From: Oikopleura dioica
Lineage: Eukaryota; Animalia; Chordata
Length of the DNA: 64,000 nucleotides
Direction: 5' to 3'
Assembly: GCA_907165135.1 (NCBI GenBank)
Contig: OU015566.1
Coordinates: 7,502,001-7,566,000 of the forward strand
Shown: positions 1-12,642 of the stretch, piece by piece
Numbering within the stretch: the first letter of the stretch is position 1
Layout of the letters: the number at the start of each line of letters is the position of its first letter
Made by a program: the position numbers and the translations under genes
The notes under the pieces: model-generated
Databases searched by the model: none
Told to the model about the DNA's origin: nothing
Seen by the model: the letters and a program-made list of their open reading frames with translations, nothing else

Positions 1-3000
1 GAGCTATTTGAGGATCAAATAGAAAAGGCTCAAAATGGCAAGAACATCTCGCGAAAAGTGCTAAATGAGAAGAAAATCGCGATTCTGGATCGAGCACTGG
101 ATGTTAATCAGAAATCGGTGCGACTCAGGAATGGGCTCGTCAAATTTTTCTGTGTGAAAACCTGAGTCAGGGTCAGTCAAATGTCTATTGATATGCTGCC
201 CTGTTATCATTAATGAAATTCGATTTCACGCATTCAATTTTCTGAAAAAAATCTATTATTTCTGATTCAGGACCTGTTTCCAGGGCTTATTCTTGACAAA
301 TTGTTAACAGGTTGTTGAGCCTAAAATCAGGGTAGCTTTGCTCCATTTCGGCAAAAAGATCTGGCCTCAAGAAGAGCTGCAAAAGCGATGGGAAGGACTA
401 GTCTTTTCAAATCCGCATTTACCAGAACTATGGCGGGCGTTTTTGGACTCTCAATTCAACACGCCGCTGAAGGCGAAAATGAAATACTACCAGAAGCAAT
501 TCGAGACACTTGGAGCAATCTCCGAAGGTTCGTACGCAACCACCCCTCCGGAAAACTTGGAGGATGAAATGATTATTAATTTGAATCACTTGACAGCTCA
601 GTTGAGCCACTTGGGCCAGACAGAAAAAGGAAAAGGGTAAACAAGAGCTTAGTTTTTTCATTCACCCACAGCGCTTATCGTAATCAGCTTATTATTTACT
701 AAACAAAAGGGCGTATGATAATAAGGGTCCACTGAAGAAAACCTTATTTTTTTGCCTGAAGCCCTTTCTCGTTACTTTTTCATCCCTTTTAAAAGCGACT
801 GCGATTTATCAAGCCATGATTGAGTTGAATTACTTCTGCCCACCTGCTCTGCGAATGCGCAACCGCGAGAACAAGCTCAAGGAAAAGTTCTATCTATTTT
901 TAAACGCTTCTCTAATTATGAAAAGTTGTCTTTGACAACTCTAGTGCATGTCTGTTCGTTGATCTTTGTTGATATAGAACTTGTTAAATTAGGCGGCGGA
1001 GCATTACTGGGAGTCGAATCTTCCACGCTGCGGCGAGGGTAGCCATGTCAGCTGGGCTGAATATTTTATCACTGCCGGCGCAAAGGCGAGGGTTGTCTCA
1101 CTAGTCGATCGATTGCACTCCAATTTCGGATGAATATTACTTTCATATTACCACTGGACATGCATTTGAGCATCGAATCCATGCCTAGTATATTTAATCA
1201 GCAGCAGAAATGTTCTATTTGTCAACCCGGCTCGGTAGAGATTCACAGAAGAAAACACGGACGAGCTGGACGAGAACGAGTTGAAGATGATCAATCAAGA
1301 CGAGGCGGCGGGCCTCAGCTGGGCACGGGTTGAGGTGGGCAAGGCACAAAGGTTAAATAGAATATTCCCACATCGCTTATTGGCTTTTATTGATGCTACG
1401 ACAAATTAGCGTGTGGAATTCTCGATTCAGCCTTTGTTTAGTAAACAAGGCGCTTTGAATGAAATTCAAGAGAGATCCTCTTCCTTGATTCCAATTATTT
1501 TTAAGGTGTACAGAGACAGAAGACATTGGCTACCACTCAGGAGTTTGGAAGACGATGACGATCTGGATGACCACGAGCGGCGCATTAAGTTCTCAGACAT
1601 CCGTAATGCTTTGTTCTGCCTCCCTGATGATCAATTATGCATTCGACTATTATTCAGCTTCCTGAGGTATTTTTTTGCTCTTTACTCACACTCACCGGCA
1701 GTTAAACATACTTGAGAATGTTTCTTTGTCCTTTTCATAGAAAGAGAGAAAGTCCTAATCCAAGATTTTAATCAAAAAATCGTAAATATTAATTAACAAA
1801 ATGCTCTTTCAGATACCTCGGCGCTCCAACGCTGTCAGACTCTGTCCCAGGCGACATCGTTTCCGACGAGTTCTTCCAACGTCAAATAGTTTCTCACGGG
1901 CAACTGTTCTATTCTTCAACCACAAGTACCGCCGCGCCCAAAAACATTGCCGATGCACTCAACTCGCTCACGAGCTGCCGCTTCTATCAACCACTGCCAC
2001 CCGCCTGCGGGCAAACGTACGACGTTGATCGGCGCCTCGGGACATGCCCAAAGATGAATCATCAATTTGTGGCGAGGCTGTTACAGCAGATTCTCGAGAA
2101 AGCAGAAGTCAGTGGCGCTCTCCACGATCCAGATGCGAAACTGTCCTTTGCCACAAATGGAATTTATTACTTCCGAAGCAGACTGTTCTTTTTAAAACAA
2201 GGGGGCGTGCAAATATCACGAGCCCACAAAGATTACAAGGAGGGGAAAAAGTTTGCCAAGGCGGTGCTCAAACGTCCGGAGCTCCGTGGGAACGTCATTC
2301 CTTGGTGCGAGTTTGGCAGATTAGAGGCTGAAGCAGCTGGAGCCACAGCAGCTGTGAACGAAATTTTCACGAATTGTCTCGCTCTCGGCCACTCGCTCCG
2401 GGCAAAGGCGGACGATTTCAAGGTCTTTGCGTGTATGTTTTATGTGCTCAAAGAGATGGCGATGGTGATCCTGTTTGGCTCTGATATGGCCGAGTACCCC
2501 GCGTTGGCGCGCGCATTCATATCGGCCGTAGGCACCTTCCTGGCCAATGAGGAGGCGCCCTCGCTGGGCGCGACGTTTGAACCAGTCAAAGTGCTCCGGA
2601 TTCGAAATGAGCTGATCGATTTGCTGGGAAAGCATGCGACTGCATATCGTGACGATATTTATGCGTACTACGGCTGGTCATGGGGCGAATCAGCCTTTTT
2701 CGACGTTGCAGTCGTCGTTTCCGCATTTGAGCTGGCTGTAGGGGATGTTACCAGGTAATGGATAATTGGATGGATCATTAGAGAGAAAATCTTACCCTGA
2801 AAGTGATCAATTATCGTGAGCGATTTTGAGTTTACGCTGAGTGCGCTTTTTAACTATTTTTGTTTTTTTTCTTTCTCAGAGAATATTTTTACGAAGAAAG
2901 AGAAATAAAAGAATACTTCAGCTCCCTGGCAGCGCTGGAGAATGTTATCGAGACGATGAAGACAACTTTAGGGCCCCTAGTAGAACATTACGACCCGACA

Positions 3001-5898
3001 GTCGTCGACGAACCGAGAATTAGACGTCGGAGAAAAGATCTTCATTCAATTCATTTGTACCGAATTCAGCTTTTCGCCAAGTTTGCGACGAGAGAGCAGA
3101 GTTTGACGAAGAATTTGTTACAGGTATTTTAAACAAAAGATAAAAGGGTTGCTTTGAGTACAAAGTCATTGAGTGATGGTCTTTTAGGCCAATCTTGCGC
3201 GAAAATTAACCGTGAATATGTAGAATATTCAGAGGAAACGAAATAATTGTTGTCGCGGTAATTTTTTTAATTTTAAATCATGCAGAAAGAAGGCGACCCT
3301 GCCCAGTTGATCCACAAGGTCACTTTTTCTCAATGAGTTTATTTGCGATTCTCAAAGCGCGTCTGAAGTTACTCTGTTTTTTCAGTTCCGACAATTCGTA
3401 TCGAGTGGATTATCGGATTTCCCATCGTCTGTTGAGCTTCTCTACGTTTGGTACCACGTTGAATCGATGAAACTTGGAATCCACCGGCCGAGCGATAATC
3501 TTTCCTCCACTGGTTCCGTTTTACCGCGTCAGATATTTTCGATTTTGTACGACTTGTCGCGAGAGTCCCGCATCTCGAATCTGCATGCTTCGGCTGATAC
3601 TGATGCAGACTCGTCAAATACGGCGCGAGTAATGACAACTGGTCTGCACCATCGAATCAGGAAGAAATTTTCCGCCGCGGTGGAGAAGTATCCTCAATGC
3701 GCGTTGCTCTGGAGAATGTATTTGGCTTTTGAGAAGAAAATGGACAACGAGGCCGAGTATGAAAATGTCTTCTACAGGGCGATTGATCATTTGCCTCATG
3801 TGAAGTGCCTGTACATTGATGCGATTATTTACATGCCCTACAGAATCGACGAGTATTTACGAACCATGTCTGACAGAGATGTGAGACTACGCGTGCCTAT
3901 CGAAGAAATTCGAATGCTGCTGAATATACCCGTTGACGAAACGCAAAACGCAGAAGCAGCACAAGCAGAAAGCGCACAAGAGAACATCAAACAGATGCGA
4001 ATCGACGATGACGAGGACCCTGACGTAGAAGAAATACCTATAATTATCAAAGAAGAAAGGGGGAGACGATCGAACTCGAGAGAGCTCTCGCCGGATAGAA
4101 TGGACGATGTAGCTTCAAGTGGCGAAGAAGAGGAGGATGAATACGACTCTGTACCCGCTTATGAGGCGCCCCACAAGAGAGCAGACGATGACGATCGGAA
4201 AAGAAGGTCTTCCAGAAAAAGGAAAAAGGTAATTTTACTTATAATGGGTGAAATGATAAATTTCACGCGTCATTTTGAACTGTAGTGAATTTACTACGTT
4301 CAAATATTTGCGCGAAATCGCCCATTTAACACCGCCAAATCTGATTTATTTTTCGTGGCTTTTGTTAGTCTGAGTCATCCGCGTTTTTGGGTAAATACAG
4401 TACGAAACGCGAGACTCTCTGAGTACGAGCGGTGAACCACTCGCCTGAGTCACGATCCAAAATAGATGTTATTCACGCTCTGATTGCGATTTTTAAGGGA
4501 GTACAATACCCCGATCCCGAGTTTGACCGTCGATGGGAAAAGAAGCGGCGCGACGCCGAAGATGCGAAACAAAGGGAAATTGAAGAGCGGCGACGGTAAA
4601 TTATGAATTGCCAACGAAAGGCCTAAACCATTTTTTCTGTGCAGGCGACGTGACGAGGAGAGACGCGAGCGATATCGAAGTCATGACGATTACTCCGATT
4701 ATGATGATGATCATCGCGACTATAGATCAAGATCGAGATCAAGGTGAGTCGCAAAAGACCTTTATTAATGCAATTTGAATCTGTAAAGTAGCTTTATTTC
4801 GACTTGAAACTTTCAAGTTGAAAGCCCGATTTGAATACTTTATTTTCTTTGGCACGAGATAAGATAAATTTAAATTTTCATTTTTCAATTCGGCAATTTT
4901 CAATAAGAGGCCTTTTCTTATATTTACAATTAAGGAGGTAGATATCAAGAATCGGATTTCCTGTCAGTGTTTTCTCAAGTTTTTAACAAAGTGACCCCCT
5001 TATTTTTTCTGCTCAAAATTTATTTCAGGCAATTATCTATTTCCTATGGAAGCCAAAAATTTATATTTCTTGAGCTTTCGAGGTGCTACAATGCAAATCT
5101 GACACCTCCGATTGTCTCCAAAATGACCATTTTAAGAAAGTTAGCGATCTTTGACGAAAAATTTTGTTAAAATTTTTTTTGAAATTCAAAATTTCAGCTT
5201 CCATAGGAAATAGAGAAAGGTCTAAAGTTTTTGTTTCCAAAGTAAAATAAGGGTGTTACTATTTTAACTTTGGGAGAAAAGTCTGACGGAAAATGGCGAT
5301 TCTTGATATCTACCTCCTTAAACAGGATTTATTTGCTCGGTATGCGTGGCTAAAGAAGGGATGATTTGCATAATTCACATTTAGGTCACGTGAACGAGAT
5401 TATCGAAGGTCAATCAGCCCAGCCCGGCACCAGCGAGATCGGCGATCGCCGAGTTATGAGAAATCATCGCGCGACCGGAGGCGCGATTCCAGAGATCGAC
5501 ATCGCGATTACGATTCTTACGACAGGCACCGATCCAGGTCGCTGAGTAGAGACAGAAGAGATCGTCGAAAAAGCCCGTCTTATGACGAGAGAAGAGGAAG
5601 AGGCAGAAGTCAAGAGAGAGCATCAAGAAGATCAAGATCGCCTTCGTATGAGAAAAGATCAAGGAGGAGTAGAACTCCCGATAAGAGATCAAGGAGGAGT
5701 CGAGAAAGATCCCCGGGTAGATCAAGAAGAAGCCCAGTCCCTGTCAAATATGACTACGACGACAATGACTACGGGTCAGAACGTTACGATCCATCGCGGC
5801 CTACTCGTAGCCCTCCTAGGGATGAAAAAAGACGAGACAAAAGAGCGCGCTCATCTGAAGAAGGAGGGTCCTCGAGATATTACTCAAGCCGTCGATGA
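1..5898 (+). CDS. NRDE2: NRDE2 (nuclear exosome regulator / splicing-associated HAT-repeat protein); 5' end lies outside the window; multi-exon; long acidic + RS-rich C-terminal extension
   Basis: Spliced translation gives EKKIAILDRALDVNQKSVRLR-VALLHFGKKIWPQEELQKRWEGLVFSNP...EKATAIYQAMIELNYFCP...HYWESNLPRCGE and the C-terminal CALLWRMYLAFE...VFYRAIDHLPHVKCLYIDA...RLRVPIEE, matching NRDE-2 family motifs. Later exons (4498-4595, 4645-4743, 5385-5898) splice in frame via GT-AG; stop TGA at 5896-5898. Confidence 0.88.
4934..5317. mobile_element. Non-autonomous DNA transposon (MITE) with TTAA target duplication and GG...CC termini (Kolobok-type), inside an NRDE2 intron
   Basis: ttaa|GGAGGTAGATATCAAGAATC (4934) ... 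GATTCTTGATATCTACCTCC|ttaa (5317): perfect 20-bp TIR. Imperfect inverted symmetry continues inward (e.g. ctatttcctatggaagc / gcttccataggaaatag). Confidence 0.9.
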
Positions 5899-6097
5899 AA
5901 AGTTCAACTTTCTATTATATTTTCAAATCCTATTCTTCAATTCAGCAGTTTCATCACTGAAAACTTCCTTCAACAAATTAGATGAATTATTTTTTTTCCT
6001 CTTTTAGACTGGGAATGAGCATAATATAGCGTGTATAGTAAATATAAATAGAAAACAACGAAACGAAGAAAAAGAATCCCTACAATATTAAATCGGA

Positions 6098-9000
6098 ATG
6101 GGGAAATTATTTGCCTGCTTCGGCGGGGGATTCAAGTGCAATAGAAAAGTCGAATCGTTCGAAAAAACACATGCCTTTTTAGCCAGTGTGCCAGGGACGG
6201 GTCAAGATCTTATTAGACTATACTTCACACCTCTTCAATTTCACCCAGAGGGTTCCACGTCACGCTCTTTTGTTTTATAAGTTTCATCTCCAATTGGAAA
6301 GAGGGAGATCTAATTTAGTGATGATTGACCCGTTTTATAGAAGAAGTATATCGCCATTCAAGATCGCTAGAAGAGCTCCTGCTCGGGAGCAACAACATCA
6401 AAGAGTTACCAAAGCAATTCTTCAAGCTCGTAAATCTCAAAAAACTCAACTTATCCGACAATGACCTCTCAAACCTCGGCCCCGAGTTGTCACAGCTCAG
6501 CAAGCTCGTCGAGCTCGATCTGTCGAGAAACGATCTCGGCCGAATTCCGGAAAATATCAAGATGCTCGCGCTGCTAGAATCTGTTGACTTCTCCGCAAAT
6601 CCAATGACGCGTATTCCTGACACGATGGTCAACCTTGCCTCGCTCAAGCACATGAAAATCAATGCCATTTCGCTGGAGCGTTTCCCGGAAAACTTTGGCG
6701 ACCTGAAAACTTTGGAAACATTAGAAGCACGAGAGAACATGGTGATGACGCTACCAGAATCAATCTGCGATCTACCGAATCTACAATATCTCGATTTAGG
6801 AGAAAACGAAATCACAAAGCTTCCAGACAAATTCGGAAAGCTCTCAAAGCTACTTGAACTGTGGATTGACGACAATGACTTGACATCCTTGCCCGATTCA
6901 ATTGGCGGCCTTGTAAATCTAACCCTCGCCGACTTTACGAAAAACAAACTCGAAAAAATCCCGGACTCAATCTCCAACTGTGTAAATATAAGCGTCCTCA
7001 CTCTCAAAGAAAACTACCTTTCCTACTTACCTAACTCGATCGGCGCGCTCAAGAAATTATCCGAACTCACTGTCGACAACAACAAACTTTGCGAATTAAC
7101 AGACTCTATCGGCCAATGCGTCGCGTTGACGGAGCTCATTCTCACCGAAAATTTAATCCAAGAGCTTCCAGAATCGCTGGCCAACTTATCAAACCTCGGT
7201 GTCCTCAATGTTGGTCGAAATCGAATCACGCATTTGCCAGAGAGAATCGGCAAGTGCAAAGCGCTTCGGATGCTCTTTCTCCGTGAGAATCATCTTGAAA
7301 GGATACCAGACACAATCGGCGACCTGAAGAACTTGCAAACTTTGGACGTGGCCGGGAATAGACTCGACTATCTTCCCGATAGCTTGCTGCAGCTTGACAT
7401 AAAAGCGGTCTGGCTCAGCGCGAATCAAGCTCAACCTCTGGTCGCGTTTCAAGAAGACACGATCACGGAAAACGGTGTGCAAAAGAAAGTCCTAACATGT
7501 TTCCTTCTTCCACAGCATAAATTCAACAACGAAGACTACGTGCCTAAACCTTTAACGCAAAAGATTCCAACTCACGAGAGCTTATCGCAACCGCCTGAAC
7601 CAAGGATTCAATTCGAAGCGGAAGAGGAAGAGTCCAATACGGACGAAAATACGACAGGTTTCAATCGAGTGCGTGATTTTACGCCACTGCCAAAGGATCG
7701 TGATCGCATGAAACAAGAAGCGCTGAGCTACGCGCAGAAGAAGCAACAAGAAGAAGATGAAAAAGAGCGAGCAGCACAGCAAAAGAAAGAAGAAGAAGAA
7801 GCGGCTGAAGAGGAAACGGATGAACTCGACCCGCTTATTGTTCACAACGAGAGTGAAAGCCTCGATGACAGCAGAGAGCATGCGCAGCTTCAGCAAAATG
7901 GCGTCAGGTTCGACCAAAGCATCCAGGAAGAGGCGCCAATGGAGCACCGACTAAAGTGAGTGTGACTACGTTTAGCAGCTTTAATAAATTTTAGAAGGAC
8001 AAACACGCCGCATTACAAGCGAGAAGCAAGGCTGACGAATATGGATCCACCTGGAAATTTGATAATTGACAACAAGCCCAATTTAAATCTATCCGCAACT
8101 CCAAAGGTTTGTCAATGGCTGATTTGTTGAAAATAAAAATATTCTAGGTCCTGGAAATCGTCCTCGACGGTGCTGGTAGCTACGGTTTGTCCATTGCCGG
8201 CGGTCTAGGCAGTCCTCCATACATTGAAGGTGACAACGGTGTCTTCATCTCCCGCGTTGCCGTTGACGGCCGGGCCGAAGCAGGTGGAATCGAAGTTGGT
8301 GACAAAATCGCCAAAGTTAACGGCGTAAACGTTTTGGACAAAACTCACGAAGATGTTGTCGACATTTTAAGACAATGTAGAGAAGTCGACGCTGCACCCG
8401 AGTTTGTTCTCTATCGCTATCCATTGAACCAGGGCTTCCAGCCGCTTGTAAATGAGTCTGACTCGGAAGAAGATGCGGACGAGAAGGCTTTTATCAATGG
8501 AACAGGTAGCTTTGCGCTCATTATTCTAAAATAATAAAAATTAAGCCGGAATCAATGCGCAGCTTGACTTCAGCGTTCTGTCGAGCGACAGCGTCGATGA
8601 AAAACCACTACCAATTCCAGATCTCGTTCAAACTCCAGTATACTCGTCGGAACCAGCTGAAGACGGTGACTCTTCCATGCCTCCACCTCCTCTCTCGCCG
8701 CCAGAAGAGAAACAAACTGAGCCTCAAGAGACGCCTGAAGCGCTTCCTATCATCCAGCCCGTTTCACCGTCATCGGTAACTCTTGAGCTCGAGTCGACGA
8801 CGATTGATCCGTCGATTCCTGAACCTCTATCGTTCCCTGATCAGACGATAGTGAATAATGATCCCTTACCTTCCCCCCCGCTTACAAGCGAGAGTCTACC
8901 GGAGCCGGTAGCTTCTCCAACAAAGCCATCTCCCAAATTACCCTCGCAAATCACGCTCGCTACTCCGCCAGCTTCTACAGCACAGCAGCCTCCAATTGAT

Positions 9001-10031
9001 TTTCAATCACCAAAGCCATTCAAGTCTCCTGAAAGACAACCGGTAATTTTATAAATCATTCGCGTTATGATTTTCTACAAATCATCATGCTTCGAATTTT
9101 TAATTTGCTAACAATCATTCCCCAGGATGGCGCGCAAATGAGTTTCAAAGAGAAAATGAAAATGTTCAAGTCCGGCCCCGCTCCAAATTCGAGGCCCCAG
9201 ATGCGAACAAAAATCTCACTCGTTAATAACCAGGATCTCTCCAGCATCCGCGCTGACGAAAATCGAAAGGTACTAATTTTGGCTTCGCACTATCCTTCTT
9301 CTTTCCACCGGCAATAATGTGAAGGCAGCATTAGTTGCTTTGAGTTTGGTTTGTTTTTTTTTCACGCGTGTGCTTTTTAGTTGATTTCACAGAGTGCGGC
9401 ACAGCTTCGACAAGAGAAGTTCTTTGACCTTAATGACTCGGAAGATCTGGTAAACAAATTACCCCTCTGTACTCTTCGTTGATTTCAATTTTAGTACCGC
9501 CAAACAGCCGATTTGGACAATGGCGCGGGAGGAGATCAACCACCCAAAATCAAGCGAGCAGTCACTACGTCTAAAATGGAAAATCCTCTGTTACGGGGCT
9601 TGCAATTCTACATTCATAGCGCTAGACTTTATTTATTTAAATTTTTAAAAAACCTACTCGGTTTGATTTTTTCTAAGCCCTCGAAGACTGCTTTGGGCGG
9701 AAGTTCAAGCACTGGCGGTTCGCATATTCCGAGAGGAACTGATCTGACGGATTTGGAGCGTGAAGCAAGTCTTTCACTTGGTAAATTACGGTTTATCTTG
9801 AACTTTGTATTACGCAATATTAAGGTCAGAGCGTGAGCCCACGTGAGTGGGAGCGGGATGTCGAAAGGAGTCGCAAGCTGCGCATGGAACGGATGAAGGT
9901 CAGTATTGCGTCGTCTAGACATCTGTTAATCCTTTTAGGAAATGGACGACGACGCCAAGAAGGCCCAGAAAGTCCTCCGTCGCGAACGAAGTCTCAAAGG
10001 CGAAAACTACAACCTTCCGACGACGCGATAA
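6098..10031 (+). CDS. SCRIB: Scribble-type LAP protein (LRR array + LAPSD + a single PDZ + Scribble C-terminal motifs)
   Basis: N-terminus KCNRKVESFEKTH...VPEEVYRHSRSLEELLL; long LRR exon 6341-7955; LAPSD KAVWLSANQAQPLVAFQ...VLTCFLLPQ; PDZ GLSIAGGLGSPPYIEGDNGVFISRV (about 8148-8420); tail motifs MSFKEKMKMF, KISLVNNQDL and RMERMKEMDDDAKKAQKVL. Confidence 0.85.
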
Positions 10032-10861
10032 AACGTCCATCCTTCAAAAGTACCTAAAACGCCCTAAAGTTCCACCCGTTCCCTTCACTCCATAATTTTT
10101 ACTCTCCTTACGCCTCCAGATAACTCATCTCTTTTTCGTTTTCTCAACGAGGGACGATGTAAGCAATTGTACAAATTTTAATATTTTTCTTGGAAACAAA
10201 CGACTGTATGTTCTCTTGTGGCCTTTTGAATCTATACTTTTTACAAAAACACAAACCGTCAAGTTCAAATAACTACCGTTTTTTGTGTAAATAGGTCCTT
10301 TTGGTCCATTTCAATTTGCTTTAGGTCAATTTCGGGGACTTGCACTATTAATTGATATTAAATATAATTATTATATATATCGAATTACTTCGGCCGTCAT
10401 TCCACTGAAATAGTCCCTCCCAGATCCAACCAATCCTCTCTTTGCTTATCCTCCTTTCCCTATTCTTATCAACACTTTTCTTTCTGCAATTATATTTTCA
10501 CCCATTCGCTCACGACCGAATTCATATTTTAACCACGGTTTGAAGAATCAAACATTCCCATAACTCAAAAAATCTTCTTTTCGAAAATTAAATTTTTCTC
10601 AAAATTCCAAATTTTGGAAATTCTCTTCGAAAGTTTAGCTCGAAATTTCGCTGTAACATAATTTAAAAAAATCGCTCAAAGTCGCTCTTTACAAAAGTGA
10701 ACGAAAAAAACTGAACTGTATAAATCGCAATAGTTTCTTCTTACGGCCACTTAGGCCGTATTCGTTATGTCCTTTCAATAAATCTGCAATTCAACAAACG
10801 ACAGACAAGACTTCTGTAATAAATATAAACATACAAGAAGTCTTGGGGCTATATATTTTAT

Positions 10862-11816
10862 TCAAAAATAGATTATCATGAGATCACTAGCAGGACCGAC
10901 CCATTCAAATCCTTCATCACCGTAGGAAGAGGTCAATCCTTGACCGTACAAGTTCATTTGTTCAAAAAGCTCTGCATCCATGGCATCAATGTCGTCCACA
11001 ACTAAATAAATCAGCAATTTATAATTCTCAAAGTGTTGATATACTGTCGTTTTCATAGCAAGTTTGGTCAATTCCACCTCCAAGGGCATCTCTATCTAGC
11101 TCATCCAGAACTGCATCATCAAACTGATCATCGTCTCCATCATCTCCATCGGGGCCATCATCACCGTCATCGTAGTCAAGGTCTCCGGCTTCAAACGCGT
11201 CATTATTCATGAAATCTTGAATTTCGTCAATGTTATCTCTAATTAAAGATATATTAAAATCGTCGATTTCTGCTGTTTTACCCGCCATCGTCCTCCTCCT
11301 CCTCAGTATCTATCACGAGATGCGACTTATGTCAAGTTTCCATTTCATGTTGTGGACAAAAGTTGAACTTAGCATGATGATGGATCGTTCTCTCTTATTC
11401 AAAGGGGAAAGCAAATTTTCATTTCCTCTTTTCAGTTCAGAATCCTTCAAAATCGGGACAAATAATAATCGCAGCTCTTTCCTGAACCGTCTTCTTCTTC
11501 CTCTAAAGAGTCGTTCTTTTCTCTTTCCATACTAGCCTTAGCGAGTAGACAAATTGATCGAAAATCTATTCGTCGACTTTTATCCCTTGCTTTCTCTTCG
11601 GGTACAATATTATTGATAATATCGTAATTATGACATTTTTTGAGAAATTGCCATCGTTTCACCGCCTTATGCTGGGCTAAGCATCCAGTAAGCAGCAATC
11701 ATGAATTTTTTTCTATGAGCCCAAGACTTTTGCTTATCGAAGGATTTCGAGCGTCGAACGAGGTTCTCTTCGCTTGGAATTTTCCAGCGCGAGTGAAAAT
11801 ACTCACGCATGTTCAT
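10862..11816 (-). CDS. Hypothetical multi-exon protein with acidic (D/G-rich) C-terminal half
   Basis: Chain of minus-strand ORFs (11447-11698, 11028-11288, 10862-11089) separated by short AT-rich intron-like gaps. No family recognised; start uncertain. Confidence 0.45.
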
Positions 11817-11998
11817 TTCTATTAAAGATCTAGGTATTCTGAAACAGGAGGTAGGAGATCCTGTCTATTATGAAGCGGATAAGAGAACGTCGCAATTTAT
11901 CCATGCAGAACAGATTGCACGATCTGTCAAAGTTGGAAAACAACATTTGCTAATGATCACGCTCCCGAAATTGCTTGAAGAATATGTGCAAGGAACAG

Positions 11999-12447
11999 TT
12001 ATTGTTTATTCTCACATATGATATGAATAGCAGAGATGCTGACTTTATTTTTGTTTCATGACTGCTGCTAGGTAGTCGTAGTACGCCTTCAATGTGTCAT
12101 CAAAGAAATTCGCCTTCAAATGGGTTAATTGAGGATCAGTTTTGGGAACCATTCTTCAAATCATCTGTTTGAAGAATATCATAAAAATAATAGAACCCCA
12201 CCGAGGCCCTGAAAGTCTCCGTCGTCGAGATAGTCTGCTAGTGTTCCCCATTCATCGTTTTTGACGACCGATCGTTTTTGCATCGGTCTCCCCGGGCTAA
12301 AGGCGACTGGATTGTTCCAATACTTACGAACGTTTTCCAAAACATGTGAAAAAGAATCTTTTGCTGTAGCAATACTGACGGCAAATGCCAAAACTAGGAA
12401 ATAACGATCAGACTTATTCAAGAAAATATACCTAGAAAAAGTCTCAT
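11999..12447 (-). CDS. Small secreted precursor, candidate neuropeptide prohormone
   Basis: ATG at 12447 plus a short GT-AG intron gives MRLFLVLAFAVSIATA (signal peptide)-KDSFSHVLENV-RK-YWNNPVAFSP-G-R-PMQ-KR-SVVKNDEW... The last exon and stop are uncertain. Confidence 0.6.
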
Positions 12448-12642
12448 TCTTTCTTCGCGTCTAGGAAAAAATTGGTCAAATTGGCTTTTATATTCGCGAC
12501 CCACCACTCAAAATCTGATGGGAGCATAAGTAATTTTTAATGCATTAATTAACCGCATCTCGTGGCTTTTTCTCAGGTGATAATTTATTTTTGCAGTTGA
12601 ATTCCAAAAAGCATATAATGGCGAAAAAGTAATAAAAAGCTT

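Noticed and set aside
4370-4452. Small hairpins in an NRDE2 intron (GAGTC..CGCGTTT/AAACGCG..GACTC)
   Set aside because: Short stems without clear H/ACA or C/D boxes; could be chance.
5582-6007. 141-aa ORF with QE-rich repeats
   Set aside because: Wrong frame of the NRDE2 RS-domain exon.
6195-6340. GG-AG first intron of Scribble
   Set aside because: An in-frame canonical GT donor at 6201 is also possible, so it is not counted as firm evidence.
6315-7007. 230-aa minus-strand ORF and many similar antisense ORFs (e.g. 35272-35946, 34711-35199)
   Set aside because: Shadow ORFs opposite real coding exons; no recognisable motifs.
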